Numbered from the stretch's first letter, positions 48,656-59,102 are shown. The stretch is DNA of 64,000 nt from Chlorobiota bacterium (GCA_026416585.1 JAOAEV010000025.1:29110-93109); one strand, 5' to 3'. Numbers and translations: made by a program. The notes: generated by a model from the sequence alone, not told the origin.

Positions 48656-49609
48656 TTATCGAACGATCGTTCCGAGCCGCGACCAGCGAATTCGTGCAAG
48701 ACGTTTTGCCAGCGGTAGTGGATTGCCGTTGAAGTCAGTTTTATCCCACGACCAATACACGAACATCGGGGTACCGACAACATCATTCTTTGGGATAAAT
48801 CCCCAGTATCGACTATCGAGCGAGTTATTACGGTTGTCGCCCATGCCGAAGACATAGTCGCGCTCAACAGTATAGGTATTGGTCGGTTTTCCATCAACAT
48901 ATACTTGTCCCATGCGTAATTCGGCGTCGTGTCCCTCCCGCTTGATGAAAATTTCCCATTCGATGAAATTCGACGCATCAAGATAAATGACATCTCCTTG
49001 CTTGGGAATGCGGAGTGGTCCGTAATTGCTACGTGTCCATCCTTTACCTGGCGGGAAGATGCGCGACGGGTCATCGGGGGTTGGCAAAAATTTCGCATGC
49101 GCCGGAAACGGCATGAACTCTCGATTGACAAATACACTGTCATTGCGGATAAGGAGTGTATCACCGGCAATAGCAATGCACCGCTTGAGATAGTACATGA
49201 ACTCTTTGGCTTTGACCTCGTCTCGATCGCCAGGATAAATAAACACGATCACATCCCCGCGATGCGGATCACGCAAAGGTGGAAGCTTAAAGTACGGTAA
49301 CGGAATATTGAACAGTGGGATAATCTGGGGCGTCGATGGACCAAAAATAAACTTATTAACAAATAGATTTTCGCCTGCCATGACTGTATTCTCCATCGAG
49401 CCCGTTGGCACCTCGAAAGCGGCAACAGCCAAACCATTCAAGATGACGACAACCACGAATGCCCCTGCAAGCGATCGTACCCACGCGACGACCTTCTGCG
49501 GGAACGTCATCTGCCGATAGCGGCGTTTGCGTTCTGCTTTCCGCTCCCGACGCCATTGCCAAAATCGAACAACATATTGCCAGAGTTTCTTGAGCATCGC
49601 CACACCCAT
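48656..49609 (-). CDS. lepB: signal peptidase I
   Basis: VPTGSMENTV, RGDVIVF, KRCIAIAGD and GDNRNNSLDSRYWG motifs. Confidence 0.92.
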   Translation of the reverse strand: MGVAMLKKLWQYVVRFWQWRRERKAERKRRYRQMTFPQKVVAWVRSLAGAFVVVVILNGLAVAAFEVPTGSMENTVMAGENLFVNKFIFGPSTPQIIPLFNIPLPYFKLPPLRDPHRGDVIVFIYPGDRDEVKAKEFMYYLKRCIAIAGDTLLIRNDSVFVNREFMPFPAHAKFLPTPDDPSRIFPPGKGWTRSNYGPLRIPKQGDVIYLDASNFIEWEIFIKREGHDAELRMGQVYVDGKPTNTYTVERDYVFGMGDNRNNSLDSRYWGFIPKNDVVGTPMFVYWSWDKTDFNGNPLPLAKRLARIRWSRLGTIVR

Positions 49610-49611
49610 GA

Positions 49612-51435
49612 TTATTCATCACCAAGACTGAGAACTGCCAAGAATGCTTCTTGTGGCACCTCGACTCGTCCGATTTGCTTCATACGTTTTTTGCCTTCTT
49701 TTTGTTTTTCGAGCAGTTTCCTCTTTCGTGTAACATCGCCGCCATAGCATTTGGCGAGCACATTTTTTCGCAGTGGAGCAATACTATCTCGCGCGATGAT
49801 TTTCGAACCAATTGCTGCTTGGATGACCACTTCGAACAGGTGGCGTGGGATAAGCTTTTTGAGCTTCGAGCATAAGCGGCGTCCCCATTCATAGGCTTTC
49901 TGCCGATGGACAATCGTCGAAAGCGCATCAACTGGATCGCCATTGAGCAATATATCCAGCTTGACTAAATCGCCGGGTTTGTAGTCGCTGTACTCATAGT
50001 CGAGCGATGCATATCCCCGCGAGATGCTCTTGAGTTTGTCGTAAAAATCGAACACCACTTCTGCAAGTGGCAACTCGAAACTCAAGTCAACTCGCGTCTG
50101 CGTTAGGTAGTGCTGTCCCAGCAGCACTCCACGCCGCTCGATACATAGCTGCATAATGGGTCCAATGTACTCGGTTGGGGTAATGATTTGCGCACGGATA
50201 TAGGGCTCAAGAATCTCAGCAATCTTGACCGGCTCGGGCATTTGCGCTGGATTTTCGACCCATAACTCGGTACCGTCGGTATGCTGGACCAAATACCGCA
50301 CGTTCGGTACTGTTGTTACAATAGTCTGATTGAACTCGCGCTCGAGACGTTCCTGGACGATCTCCATGTGAAGCAAGCCGAGAAACCCACACCGAAAGCC
50401 AAATCCGAGTGCAGCGGAGGTTTCAGGTTCGTACTGAATTGCTGCATCATTGAGCGCAAGTTTTTCAAGTGCATCACGCAAATCTTCGAAGTCGTCGCTA
50501 TCTGCGGGGTAGATGCCGCTAAAGACCATTGGCTTGACTTCGCGGAAACCTGCAATAGGTTGTTCGCATGGACGCTGCGCGTGGGTGACAGTATCACCAA
50601 CTTTGGTATCACGGACACGTCGGATCGACGCAGTAAAATATCCGACATTGCCTGCGCTCAGCTCCCCGGTTCGATGCTGCTCCATATAGAGCACTCCGAC
50701 CTCGTCCACTTCGTAGGTCTGCCCAGTAGCCATAAAAAGCACTTTGTCCTTCTCACGGAGTGTGCCGTCGAAGACGCGCACGTTCACGATGACGCCACGG
50801 TACGGATCATACAGTGAATCATAGATGAGCGCACGCAACGGTGCCTCGGAATTGCCCTTGGGTGGCGAAATGTTCTGAACAACAGCCTCCAGTATTTCTT
50901 CGATGCCGATTCCCGCCTTTGCTGATGCCAGAATGATTTCGTCCGGGCGACAGCCGATAAGGTCAATAACCTGCTGCCGAACATTCTCGATCATCGTCTC
51001 GGCACTCGGCAGATCAATTTTATTGATGACGGGAATAATTTCCAATCCAGCATCGACGGCTAAGTACAGGTTTGAAATTGTCTGCGCTTCGACACCTTGG
51101 GTTGCATCAACAACTAAGAGCGCCCCTTCGCAGGCAGCCAGAGACCGCGACACTTCGTAGGAAAAATCCACGTGACCCGGTGTATCGATCAGGTTGAGGA
51201 TGTATGTCTTACCATCACGAGCAGTATACTCCATTTGTACCGCATGGAGCTTGATAGTGATCCCGCGTTCTTGCTCCAACGGATTGTCGTCGAGAATCTG
51301 GTCGGTGACCATCTCACGAGCGGTAACACGTCCAGTTCGCTCCAATAGCCGATCGGCGAGCGTGGACTTGCCATGATCAATGTGGGCAATAATACAGAAA
51401 TTGCGGATGTGGTCCATCGAGGCGCGTGATGCCAT
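49612..51435 (-). CDS. lepA: translation elongation factor 4
   Basis: [28 protein letters not shown] and the LepA C-terminal domain. Start at ATG 51435 ([13 protein letters not shown]). Confidence 0.96.
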   Translation of the reverse strand: MASRASMDHIRNFCIIAHIDHGKSTLADRLLERTGRVTAREMVTDQILDDNPLEQERGITIKLHAVQMEYTARDGKTYILNLIDTPGHVDFSYEVSRSLAACEGALLVVDATQGVEAQTISNLYLAVDAGLEIIPVINKIDLPSAETMIENVRQQVIDLIGCRPDEIILASAKAGIGIEEILEAVVQNISPPKGNSEAPLRALIYDSLYDPYRGVIVNVRVFDGTLREKDKVLFMATGQTYEVDEVGVLYMEQHRTGELSAGNVGYFTASIRRVRDTKVGDTVTHAQRPCEQPIAGFREVKPMVFSGIYPADSDDFEDLRDALEKLALNDAAIQYEPETSAALGFGFRCGFLGLLHMEIVQERLEREFNQTIVTTVPNVRYLVQHTDGTELWVENPAQMPEPVKIAEILEPYIRAQIITPTEYIGPIMQLCIERRGVLLGQHYLTQTRVDLSFELPLAEVVFDFYDKLKSISRGYASLDYEYSDYKPGDLVKLDILLNGDPVDALSTIVHRQKAYEWGRRLCSKLKKLIPRHLFEVVIQAAIGSKIIARDSIAPLRKNVLAKCYGGDVTRKRKLLEKQKEGKKRMKQIGRVEVPQEAFLAVLSLGDE

Positions 51436-51455
51436 CAAGTTGTCTTGTAAAGCAA

Positions 51456-51463
51456 CAAAATTA
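51456..51463 (-). promoter_or_regulatory. -7 box (TAATTTTG) for the lepA operon
   Basis: Plus strand reads caaaatta, 21 nt upstream of ATG 51435. Confidence 0.4.
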
Positions 51464-51496
51464 CACCGACAATTGCTGTCAAAGACGAATGTCTCG

Positions 51497-51504
51497 TATT
51501 TTTG
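51497..51504 (+). promoter_or_regulatory. -7 box (TATTTTTG) for rplS
   Basis: Perfect TAnnTTTG match, 50 nt upstream of ATG 51554. A TTG lies 21 nt upstream of the box (51473-51475). Confidence 0.45.
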
Positions 51505-51553
51505 CGTGCCGTACACAAGCGGCTTGTACTACAAATACCGACAGATTATCCCC

Positions 51554-51922
51554 ATGGACAAGCTACAAAAAGTCGAGCGTCTGATCGTCGAGCAGGCACT
51601 TGCGATGCGCGGTGGCGAGCCAATTCCGCAGTTTGGACCGGGCGATACAGTTACTGTATCGCTTCGTGTCGTCGAAGGAGACAAAGAGCGTATCCAGAAT
51701 TTCACGGGTGTGGTTATTGCCCGACGTGGTGCTGGCTTGAATCAAACGTTTCGCGTGCGAAAAATTTCCAACGGTGTCGGCGTTGAGCGCGTGTTCCCTC
51801 TCTATTCTCCGTTCATCCAGAAAATTACTGTTGAACGTCGGGGACATGTTCGTCGCGCTAAGCTTTTCTACTTACGCGGCATGTCCGAACGCAAGATTCG
51901 GAAAAAGCTCCACCAAGAATAA
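51554..51922 (+). CDS. rplS: 50S ribosomal protein L19
   Basis: [11 protein letters not shown]...[15 protein letters not shown]...[21 protein letters not shown]. Confidence 0.96.
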   Translation: MDKLQKVERLIVEQALAMRGGEPIPQFGPGDTVTVSLRVVEGDKERIQNFTGVVIARRGAGLNQTFRVRKISNGVGVERVFPLYSPFIQKITVERRGHVRRAKLFYLRGMSERKIRKKLHQE

Positions 51923-51952
51923 CTCGACGCTCAATAGGTGTATTGCACAAAA

Positions 51953-51980
51953 GCGGGGGTGTCAATCCCCCGCTTTTTTT
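51953..51980 (+). terminator. rho-independent terminator after rplS
   Basis: Stem gcggggg / cccccgc with loop tgtcaat, followed by seven T residues (ttttttt). Confidence 0.85.
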
Positions 51981-51996
51981 CGAGTAGTATGAACGA

Positions 51997-52004
51997 TATT
52001 TTTG
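51997..52004 (+). promoter_or_regulatory. -7 box (TATTTTTG) for recA
   Basis: Perfect TAnnTTTG match, 24 nt upstream of ATG 52028. Confidence 0.45.
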
Positions 52005-52027
52005 TGCCTAACAATTGGAGCGTTCTC

Positions 52028-53074
52028 ATGCCAGAAACAACAAACAGTGGCACACCGACACCAACAACAAAGCCTGCACCTGAGAAACTCAAACTTGTCA
52101 CCCAAGCTATCGAGCAAATCGAGCGACAGCACGGCAAAGGTGCAATTCTACGGTTCACCGACGTTACCCCCGCACAACTTGAAGCGATCTCGACCGGTTG
52201 CCTTTCGCTCGATGCAGCGGTCGGTGTTGGCGGCTTCCCCCGAGGGCGTATCATCGAAATTTTCGGTCCAGAATCATCGGGGAAAACGACTGTTTGTTTG
52301 CAAGTCATCGCTGAAGCGCAAAAGCAAGGAGGTATTGCAGCAATCGTGGATACGGAGCATGCTCTCGACATCGTCTATGCTCAGCGGCTCGGTGTGAATC
52401 TCGATACATTGCTTGTATCACAGCCCGAGTTCGGTGAGCAAGCACTTGAGATCGTCGAGACACTCGTCCGCAGTGGCGCAGTTGATGTCGTCGTTATTGA
52501 CTCGGTTGCGGCGTTGACACCTCGAGTGGAAATCGAAGGTGAAATGGGCGAAGCGCAAATGGGATCCCAAGCACGATTGATGAGCCAAGCAATGCGCAAG
52601 CTGCAAGCTGCCATCGGACGCTCGAACGCAGTGGTGATTTTCACCAACCAATTGCGGCAAAAAATTGGCGTGGTCTATGGCAACCCCGAAACAACTACTG
52701 GTGGTAATGCACTCAAGTACTACGCCTCTGTGCGTATTGACATTCGCCGCAAGGATGTCATCAAAGAAGGCAACGAAATCATCGGCAATCGCGTTCGCGC
52801 TAAGATCGTCAAAAACAAAGTCGCACCACCTTTCCGGGAGTGCGAATTCGACATCCTCTACAACGAAGGCATCTCGAAAATCGGTGATATGATTGACGTC
52901 GGCCTCGAACACGGGGCCATCACACGCAGCGGTTCGTGGTTGACGTACAAAGGCGAACGTGTCCAGGGGCGTGACGCACTCCGTAAACTGCTGCAAGAAA
53001 ACCCACAGATACTCGCAGAGTTGGAGCGCGATGTCCGCACAAAACTCGGTCTGCCTATTGAAAACGGTACGTAG
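52028..53074 (+). CDS. recA: recombinase RecA
   Basis: GPESSGKTT Walker [10 protein letters not shown] and the L2 loop [26 protein letters not shown]. Confidence 0.98.
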   Translation: MPETTNSGTPTPTTKPAPEKLKLVTQAIEQIERQHGKGAILRFTDVTPAQLEAISTGCLSLDAAVGVGGFPRGRIIEIFGPESSGKTTVCLQVIAEAQKQGGIAAIVDTEHALDIVYAQRLGVNLDTLLVSQPEFGEQALEIVETLVRSGAVDVVVIDSVAALTPRVEIEGEMGEAQMGSQARLMSQAMRKLQAAIGRSNAVVIFTNQLRQKIGVVYGNPETTTGGNALKYYASVRIDIRRKDVIKEGNEIIGNRVRAKIVKNKVAPPFRECEFDILYNEGISKIGDMIDVGLEHGAITRSGSWLTYKGERVQGRDALRKLLQENPQILAELERDVRTKLGLPIENGT

Positions 53075-53082
53075 CCAAGACA

Positions 53083-53733
53083 ATGGCGTCCGCACGTGTT
53101 CTCCGCTGGTGGAGTGCCAAACACGGCGTCGCCGATTTGTACATTGAGATAGCCTGCGATGGCGAATCCTCAATCTACATGCTCGACGCTGATACTGCTC
53201 AACTGTTGGGGATTACAGCGAGCACTCTTCTAAGCGAAGAAGCACTGCAGATGATCTATTTACGTCATCGTTCATTGGGGTACATCCAGCGCCTGCAGCG
53301 TTTTTTCGCTCATCGTGTACGCTCATCGGGTGAGATTATCGAACGATTACGCAGATTGGGAGCCGAACCGACTGATATTCGCGATGTATTGGAATACCTT
53401 TGTGCTCGCGGCTTGCTCGATGATGAACGCTTCGCACGTGCTTTTGTTCGCGACAAGGTACGCTTCCACACTGCATCAGCTGCAGCAATCCGCCACACGC
53501 TCCTTGCAAAAGGAATCAGTGCTGAACTCGCTGACCGTATCCTGGCTGAAGAATATCCGAGCCAGAACGAGTTCGACCGCGCATACGCTGTAGCAGAAAA
53601 AGCATGGTGCCGAGTCACCTCGCTCGAGCCGCGGAAACGATACCGTCGGGTACGTGATCGACTCTTGCGGCAAGGGTATTCGCCATCGCTGGTGCGACAC
53701 ATTCTTGAACGGTTAACACACTCGGAGGAGTAA
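53083..53733 (+). CDS. recX: recombination regulator RecX
   Basis: Three-helix repeat pattern (GLLDDERFARAFVRDK...). It sits immediately downstream of recA. Confidence 0.85.
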   Translation: MASARVLRWWSAKHGVADLYIEIACDGESSIYMLDADTAQLLGITASTLLSEEALQMIYLRHRSLGYIQRLQRFFAHRVRSSGEIIERLRRLGAEPTDIRDVLEYLCARGLLDDERFARAFVRDKVRFHTASAAAIRHTLLAKGISAELADRILAEEYPSQNEFDRAYAVAEKAWCRVTSLEPRKRYRRVRDRLLRQGYSPSLVRHILERLTHSEE

Positions 53734-53738
53734 GCACC

Positions 53739-54878
53739 GTGGAACTGGTATTCGTTGGACTACTGGTGTACTGGCTCCGCATCATAGTAATGGCATTTGG
53801 TTCGTGGCTCGAGCATCGCACGGCAAAACCACTTGTACTCCAGCAGGAGGAACTGCTAACGGTCAGCATCATAGTGCCCGCCCGAAATGAAGAGCATCGT
53901 ATCAGCACCTGCCTCGATGCCCTCTCTACACTCGACTATCCGCACGACCGACTCGAAATCATTATTGTTGATGACCGTTCAACCGACCGCACAGGACAAA
54001 TTGCACGCTCGTATGCAGAACGTATTCCAACCTTACGTGTTGTATCGCTGACGGAAGCGCAAACGGGAAACTTGCAAGGTAAAGCTGGTGCACTCGACGC
54101 TGGCATCCAATGCGCACGCGGGGAGATCATCTTACTAACAGATGCTGACTGTGCTCCTCATCGGTTCTGGGCACGAGCACACGTTGCACAATACATAGAT
54201 CCGCGGGTCGCAATGGTCTGTGCATATACACTCATCGATGGGAACAGCTTTTTTGAACGCTATCAAGCAGTGGAATGGAATACCACACACACCATGGCAA
54301 GTGCTGGCGTTTACTATCGGCAATACTTGGGATGTTTTGGCAACAACATGTCCTTTCGACGCAGTGTGTATCATGAGCTTGGTGGCTACCGTTCGATCCC
54401 ATTCTCGGTAACTGAGGACTTGGCACTGCTCCAAGCAGTCGGTGCAACTGGGCGGCGAGTACGCTACCTTTGCTCCACCGAATCAAGCGTGACTACCGAA
54501 CCGTGTCGAACACTCGGGGAATACATCCGCCAACATCAGCGCTGGGTACACGGTGCGCGTGCCCTGCGATGGCGCGCCTATGTGTTCGTTGCAACAACAG
54601 CAGTTTATTGGCTCAGTGTCGTTAGCTCGCTTGTATCATGGACACCACTTGCGGTTGCAGCGATCATTAGTGGTCGCATCGTTGCTGACGTGATTCTCAA
54701 TATCCCCCCACTTGTGCGTTTGCGTCGGTGGTCCTTGATTCCATGGATTGTACCGACGACTGTGCTTTTTGGCTTTTTGGAGCTAACCTTGCCGCTTATG
54801 GCGCTATCGCGTTCAGTCCGGTGGAAAGACCAAGTTTTTGTGACCGTTCCCCCTCGCACGCGAACGCTTACCTCTTGA
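53739..54878 (+). CDS. membrane-embedded family 2 glycosyltransferase (processive-type, QxxRW)
   Basis: VSIIVPARNEE, IVDDRSTD, TDADC and QHQRWVHG motifs, with flanking TM segments. GTG start 5 nt after recX. Confidence 0.82.
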   Translation: MELVFVGLLVYWLRIIVMAFGSWLEHRTAKPLVLQQEELLTVSIIVPARNEEHRISTCLDALSTLDYPHDRLEIIIVDDRSTDRTGQIARSYAERIPTLRVVSLTEAQTGNLQGKAGALDAGIQCARGEIILLTDADCAPHRFWARAHVAQYIDPRVAMVCAYTLIDGNSFFERYQAVEWNTTHTMASAGVYYRQYLGCFGNNMSFRRSVYHELGGYRSIPFSVTEDLALLQAVGATGRRVRYLCSTESSVTTEPCRTLGEYIRQHQRWVHGARALRWRAYVFVATTAVYWLSVVSSLVSWTPLAVAAIISGRIVADVILNIPPLVRLRRWSLIPWIVPTTVLFGFLELTLPLMALSRSVRWKDQVFVTVPPRTRTLTS

Positions 54879-54888
54879 CAGCACGACG

Positions 54889-54896
54889 TATGTTTG
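54889..54896 (+). promoter_or_regulatory. -7 box (TATGTTTG) for the MFS gene
   Basis: Perfect TAnnTTTG match, 29 nt upstream of ATG 54925. Confidence 0.4.
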
Positions 54897-54924
54897 CGCC
54901 CCAACCGACATTAAGAAAGCTGCA

Positions 54925-56154
54925 ATGACGAAAGATCACATCACGCGCTATCACGTGCTCGTTTTTATTGGATGCTGGCTCGGTGGGATGTTCGATGGTA
55001 TGGATTCGACGCTGATGACCGTCGTCCTGCCCTCTGCCATTGCTGAACTGACTGGATCGATTACACCCGACAATGTTGGGCACTACGGCTCGCTGGTCAG
55101 TTCGATGTTTTTGTTTGGTTGGATGATCGGTGGTGTGGTAATGGGAATGATCGGGGACCGGCTTGGTCGTGTTCGTTCCATGATCATTTCGATCTCGCTC
55201 TACGCGATATTCACCGGCATTGCTGGACTATCGCAGACGTGGTGGCAACTGGGTATATGCCGCTTTTTGACTGGTCTCGGTATCGGTGGTGAGCTGGTAA
55301 GCATCACAACGTTTTTGGCGGAAGTATGGCCCGAACGCTCCCGTGCCGTGGCAATCGGCGTGCTGATTACTTCGTACCAAGCTGGCGTGCTCGTTGCCGG
55401 CACAATAGTCAAGCTTGTTCCTTTCTGGCGAACGGTGTTTTATATCGGCGCATTGCCAGCGGTTCTGACCATTTTCCTCCGACTTGCACTTCGCGAGAGT
55501 GATCGCTGGCTGGCAAGTCAAGACCATCGTCGGGAAGACTACCGTCTTCTCAGGGAACTGTTTAGCCGGCACCATCGGCGAAGGGCCACTGTTGGTGCAG
55601 TTGCCTTCGGTGGTCTACTCATTGGCTACTGGGCATCTCTGTCGTGGATACCTACCTGGATACAAACATTTTTCGTGCCGCCGGATGGAAGCTCACAGCG
55701 GGCGCTGGCAACAATGTGGCAGGGGTTAGCTGCGGTCATTGGCTGCTCAACCGCTGGCTGGGTTGCCGATCGTATCGGTCGCGTCCCAACGATTGCATTG
55801 AGCTATACAGGATGTTTTCTTGCCTCAGCGGTCTTGTTTTTGACTAACGATCGCTTCAGCTCACTTATTTATGTCGAATCGGCACTGCTGGGCCTATTCA
55901 TCGGATTAGCACAGGCAATCATGTACGTATATCTGCCGGAGTTATTCCCCACCCACATTCGCGCGACAGCAATAGGATTTTGCCTGAACGCCGGACGCTT
56001 CAGCACTGCCATTGCGGTACTTTTTGTTGGTGTTATCGTGCAAGAACTCGGGGGATTTGCACAATCGGCGATGATTTTCGCCAGCGCGTATTTGCTGGCG
56101 GTTATCGCAGCATTCTGGGCACCAGAAACAAAAGGGAAACCGCTACCAGCTTGA
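54925..56154 (+). CDS. MFS transporter
   Basis: 409 aa with 12 predicted TM segments and the GDRLGRVR loop motif. Confidence 0.85.
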   Translation: MTKDHITRYHVLVFIGCWLGGMFDGMDSTLMTVVLPSAIAELTGSITPDNVGHYGSLVSSMFLFGWMIGGVVMGMIGDRLGRVRSMIISISLYAIFTGIAGLSQTWWQLGICRFLTGLGIGGELVSITTFLAEVWPERSRAVAIGVLITSYQAGVLVAGTIVKLVPFWRTVFYIGALPAVLTIFLRLALRESDRWLASQDHRREDYRLLRELFSRHHRRRATVGAVAFGGLLIGYWASLSWIPTWIQTFFVPPDGSSQRALATMWQGLAAVIGCSTAGWVADRIGRVPTIALSYTGCFLASAVLFLTNDRFSSLIYVESALLGLFIGLAQAIMYVYLPELFPTHIRATAIGFCLNAGRFSTAIAVLFVGVIVQELGGFAQSAMIFASAYLLAVIAAFWAPETKGKPLPA

Positions 56155-56180
56155 TATTACAGCTGAAGGTAGAAGGTATG

Positions 56181-56220
56181 AAAAACACAGGCGGGCGCGT
56201 AGCACTTTCGTCCGCCTGTG
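56181..56220 (-). terminator. rho-independent terminator after lpd
   Basis: Stem cacaggcgg / ccgcctgtg (56186-56194 and 56212-56220) with a 17-nt loop. On the minus strand it is followed by TTTTT. Confidence 0.6.
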
Positions 56221-56250
56221 TCAAGGTATGCGATAGATGTTTCACGGTGT

Positions 56251-57654
56251 TTAGAAATTCACCGATTCACTGTAGGCTGTCGCTGCCGATTCCATCACAG
56301 CCTCACTGAGCGTCGGGTGCGCATGGATAGTCTTGATAAGCGTATGTGCCGTTGCGTCAAGCGAGCGAGCAACACCAATTTCCGCGACTAACTCAGTCAC
56401 ATCGGGACCGATCATGTGCGCACCGAGGATTTCACCATACTTTGCATCAATAACAAGCTTGACGAATCCTTCTGTTTTACCAATGCCCCACGCTTTACCA
56501 CTTGCCGTGAATGGGAACTTTCCGACTTTGACTTCATAGCCAGCCTCACGCGCTTTTTTCTCGGTCAGACCAATGCTTGCAATCTGCGGCTGGCAATACG
56601 TGCAACCAGGGATGTTACCGTAATCTATCGGATGCACATCAAGACCTGCAATGTGTTCGATGCACAGAATGCCTTCTGCCGATGCCTTGTGTGCCAACCA
56701 AGGTGGACCAGCAACATCTCCGATGGCATAGACACCGTCGATATTTGTCCGCATATAGCCATCTACTTTGATCCATCCCCGCTCGACAAGAACGCCGACT
56801 TCTTCCAATCCAATGTTTTCGATGTTCCCCTGCACGCCGACAGCATTGAGAGCCACATCAGCCGTGAGTGTCTCACGCGTGCCTTTGCTATCCTCAACGA
56901 CGACTTCGACATGATCCCCAGCGGTTTTTGCACTGACAACCTTTGTACTGGTGCGGATTGCTATGCCCTGTTTTTTGAAACTACGCTCGAGTTCTTTAGC
57001 AACTTCTTCATCTTCGTTTGGCACAAGTGTCTGCATCATTTCGACGATGGTCACCTTCGTACCGAAGGCATTGTAGAAGTACGCGAATTCGACACCGATT
57101 GCTCCAGAGCCAATGACGATCATTGTTTGCGGAATGCGTTCTGCCAGCATGGCTTCAGTGCTTGTCCACACAAGGGTACGATCAACCTCAATGCCGGGGA
57201 TCATCCGCGTTCGAGCTCCGGTGGCAACAATAACATGTTTTGCAGTGATACGGTCGGTCACACTTCCACGTGCATCACTGACTTCAACAGTGTTGGCATC
57301 ACGCAAGCGTCCATTGCCCTTGACGTGCTGCACCTTGTACTTTTTGAACAGGAACGCCACGCCATTATTCATGCGGTCGGCGACAGCACGGCTGCGAGCA
57401 ATCACCTGGGAGAAATCAACGCCAACCTTCTCAACTTGAAAGCCGTAATCCCCAGCATGATCGAGAAATTGCCTGTATTCAGCACTTTTGAGCAACGCTT
57501 TCGACGGAATACAGCCCCAGTTAAGGCACACGCCACCGAGGCGGTCACGTTCGACGCAGATTGTTTTCAAGCCAAGCTGTGCAGCACGAATCGCTGCAAC
57601 ATATCCCCCGGGACCAGCTCCGAGTACGACAACATCAACAGTGTGCGATTTCAT
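56251..57654 (-). CDS. lpd: dihydrolipoyl dehydrogenase
   Basis: VVVLGAGPGGY, redox-active GGVCLNWGCIPSK and C-terminal HAHPTLSE. The first ATG is 57654. Confidence 0.96.
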   Translation of the reverse strand: MKSHTVDVVVLGAGPGGYVAAIRAAQLGLKTICVERDRLGGVCLNWGCIPSKALLKSAEYRQFLDHAGDYGFQVEKVGVDFSQVIARSRAVADRMNNGVAFLFKKYKVQHVKGNGRLRDANTVEVSDARGSVTDRITAKHVIVATGARTRMIPGIEVDRTLVWTSTEAMLAERIPQTMIVIGSGAIGVEFAYFYNAFGTKVTIVEMMQTLVPNEDEEVAKELERSFKKQGIAIRTSTKVVSAKTAGDHVEVVVEDSKGTRETLTADVALNAVGVQGNIENIGLEEVGVLVERGWIKVDGYMRTNIDGVYAIGDVAGPPWLAHKASAEGILCIEHIAGLDVHPIDYGNIPGCTYCQPQIASIGLTEKKAREAGYEVKVGKFPFTASGKAWGIGKTEGFVKLVIDAKYGEILGAHMIGPDVTELVAEIGVARSLDATAHTLIKTIHAHPTLSEAVMESAATAYSESVNF

Positions 57655-57684
57655 CGGCAATCCTAAGTGATGAAACAAGTGACT

Positions 57685-58944
57685 TTATGCTGCCTGTAGC
57701 TGTTGAAGTGCTCGTGTAACCTGTTGCGCTGCATTCTCGAACGATTCAGCTAACAAAAAGTTCAATCCACTGCTGCGCAAAATTTCGAGCGCTTCTTTCG
57801 CATTGGTTCCTTCGAGCCTGACGATAACAGGCACATTAACCTCAACCTGCTGGAGCGCCTGCACAATACCATTGGCAACACGATCGCAACGAACAATACC
57901 ACCAAAAATGTTGATGAGAACGGCTCGAACATTCGGATCGCTCATCATGATCCGGAAGCCATTTGCGATACGGTCCACATTAGCACCGCCGCCCACGTCG
58001 AGGAAGTTAGCAGGTTTTCCACCGGCTAACTGGATGATATCCATCGTTGCCATCGCCAGCCCAGCACCATTGACCATACAGCCGACATTGCCGTCGAGCT
58101 TGATATAGCTGAGGTTGTACTTAGCAGCTTCGCGTTCGAGCGGCTCTTCTTCGTCGGTGTCAACAAGATCGAGATACTCTGGGTGACGATAGATTGCGTT
58201 GTCATCAAAGTTCACTTTTGCGTCAAGTGCTATGAACCGATCATCGCTTGTCAGAACAAGGGGATTGACCTCTAACAGAGAACAATCAAGCTCCTCATAG
58301 GCATGATAGAGCTTCTCGATAAAGTCAAGGAAACTTCGGAATGCGGCACCCTCTAAACCAAGACCAAATGCCAAGCGCCGTCGAACATAGGGCTGACACC
58401 CCACAACAGGATCAATGTGCACTTGGATGATTTTCTCTGGCGTCTCTTCAGCGACACGCTCAATATCCATCCCACCTTCAGTACTGACCATAATGACATT
58501 CTGCGACCGACTTCGATCAAGGAGAATCGAGCAGTAATACTCTTTTTTGATTTCCGCTCCTTCTTCGATAAACAAGCGACGGACGATGCGCCCTTCTGGA
58601 CCAGTTTGATGCGTCACAAGCTTGCCGCCCAACATCTCACGAGCTGCCAAATAGGCTTTATGCGCAACGCTACCGTACTCATCAGGACGAATGACAACAA
58701 CACCGCGAAGCTCCTTGCCAAAGAGCATACGCGGAAGATCGGTCTGCGGATCGTAGATGATGCCTTTGCCGCGCCCGCCCGCGTGAATTTGCGCCTTAAC
58801 GACGATGGTGTTTATCCCTCGCGATTCGAAATGGTGATACGCAACAATCCCAGCATCTTCGGCGCTAAAAATGGGTTTACCGTCAAGCAGCGGCACATCA
58901 AATTGCCGCAGCAGCTGTTTTGCTTGGTATTCGTGAATGTTCAT
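57685..58944 (-). CDS. sucC: ADP-forming succinate--CoA ligase subunit beta
   Basis: MNIHEYQAKQLL, an ATP-grasp domain, and GCMVNGAGLAMATMD. No sucD gene is adjacent. Confidence 0.93.
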   Translation of the reverse strand: MNIHEYQAKQLLRQFDVPLLDGKPIFSAEDAGIVAYHHFESRGINTIVVKAQIHAGGRGKGIIYDPQTDLPRMLFGKELRGVVVIRPDEYGSVAHKAYLAAREMLGGKLVTHQTGPEGRIVRRLFIEEGAEIKKEYYCSILLDRSRSQNVIMVSTEGGMDIERVAEETPEKIIQVHIDPVVGCQPYVRRRLAFGLGLEGAAFRSFLDFIEKLYHAYEELDCSLLEVNPLVLTSDDRFIALDAKVNFDDNAIYRHPEYLDLVDTDEEEPLEREAAKYNLSYIKLDGNVGCMVNGAGLAMATMDIIQLAGGKPANFLDVGGGANVDRIANGFRIMMSDPNVRAVLINIFGGIVRCDRVANGIVQALQQVEVNVPVIVRLEGTNAKEALEILRSSGLNFLLAESFENAAQQVTRALQQLQAA

Positions 58945-59028
58945 CGCACAACAGTCGATCAGTGAGACTCAAGGTACCAATTGCACCGTCGTTGCCGAAC
59001 TTTGCAATTAGCAGACAACAAACGGCTG

Positions 59029-59036
59029 CAAAACTA
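59029..59036 (-). promoter_or_regulatory. -7 box (TAGTTTTG) for sucC
   Basis: Plus strand reads caaaacta, 85 nt upstream of ATG 58944. Confidence 0.3.
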
Positions 59037-59102
59037 CGGCATCGGGATGCCGGCAGGTTTTTCGCTCACCCAATTGGTGTACACTCTGAGTGTTTCATTT
59101 CG

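Noticed and set aside
56416-57666. A 416-aa ORF on the plus strand spanning almost the whole lpd gene in antisense.
   Set aside because: It is in the codon-aligned antisense frame. It stays open simply because lpd avoids TTA, CTA and TCA codons. The sequence is low-complexity with no recognisable motifs. The same explanation covers 52418..53173 (recA), 13221..13910 (trxB), 45227..45964 (DUF2723), 14901..15530 (gyrA), 50281..50817 (lepA), 29619..30302 (ppk1) and 38539..39312 (panD/fliN).
57685-58944. sucC without an adjacent sucD, followed instead by lpd, as a possible novel ligase arrangement.
   Set aside because: sucD may simply be encoded elsewhere. The SucC sequence looks canonical apart from a clade-typical insertion, so nothing in the sequence demands a new function.
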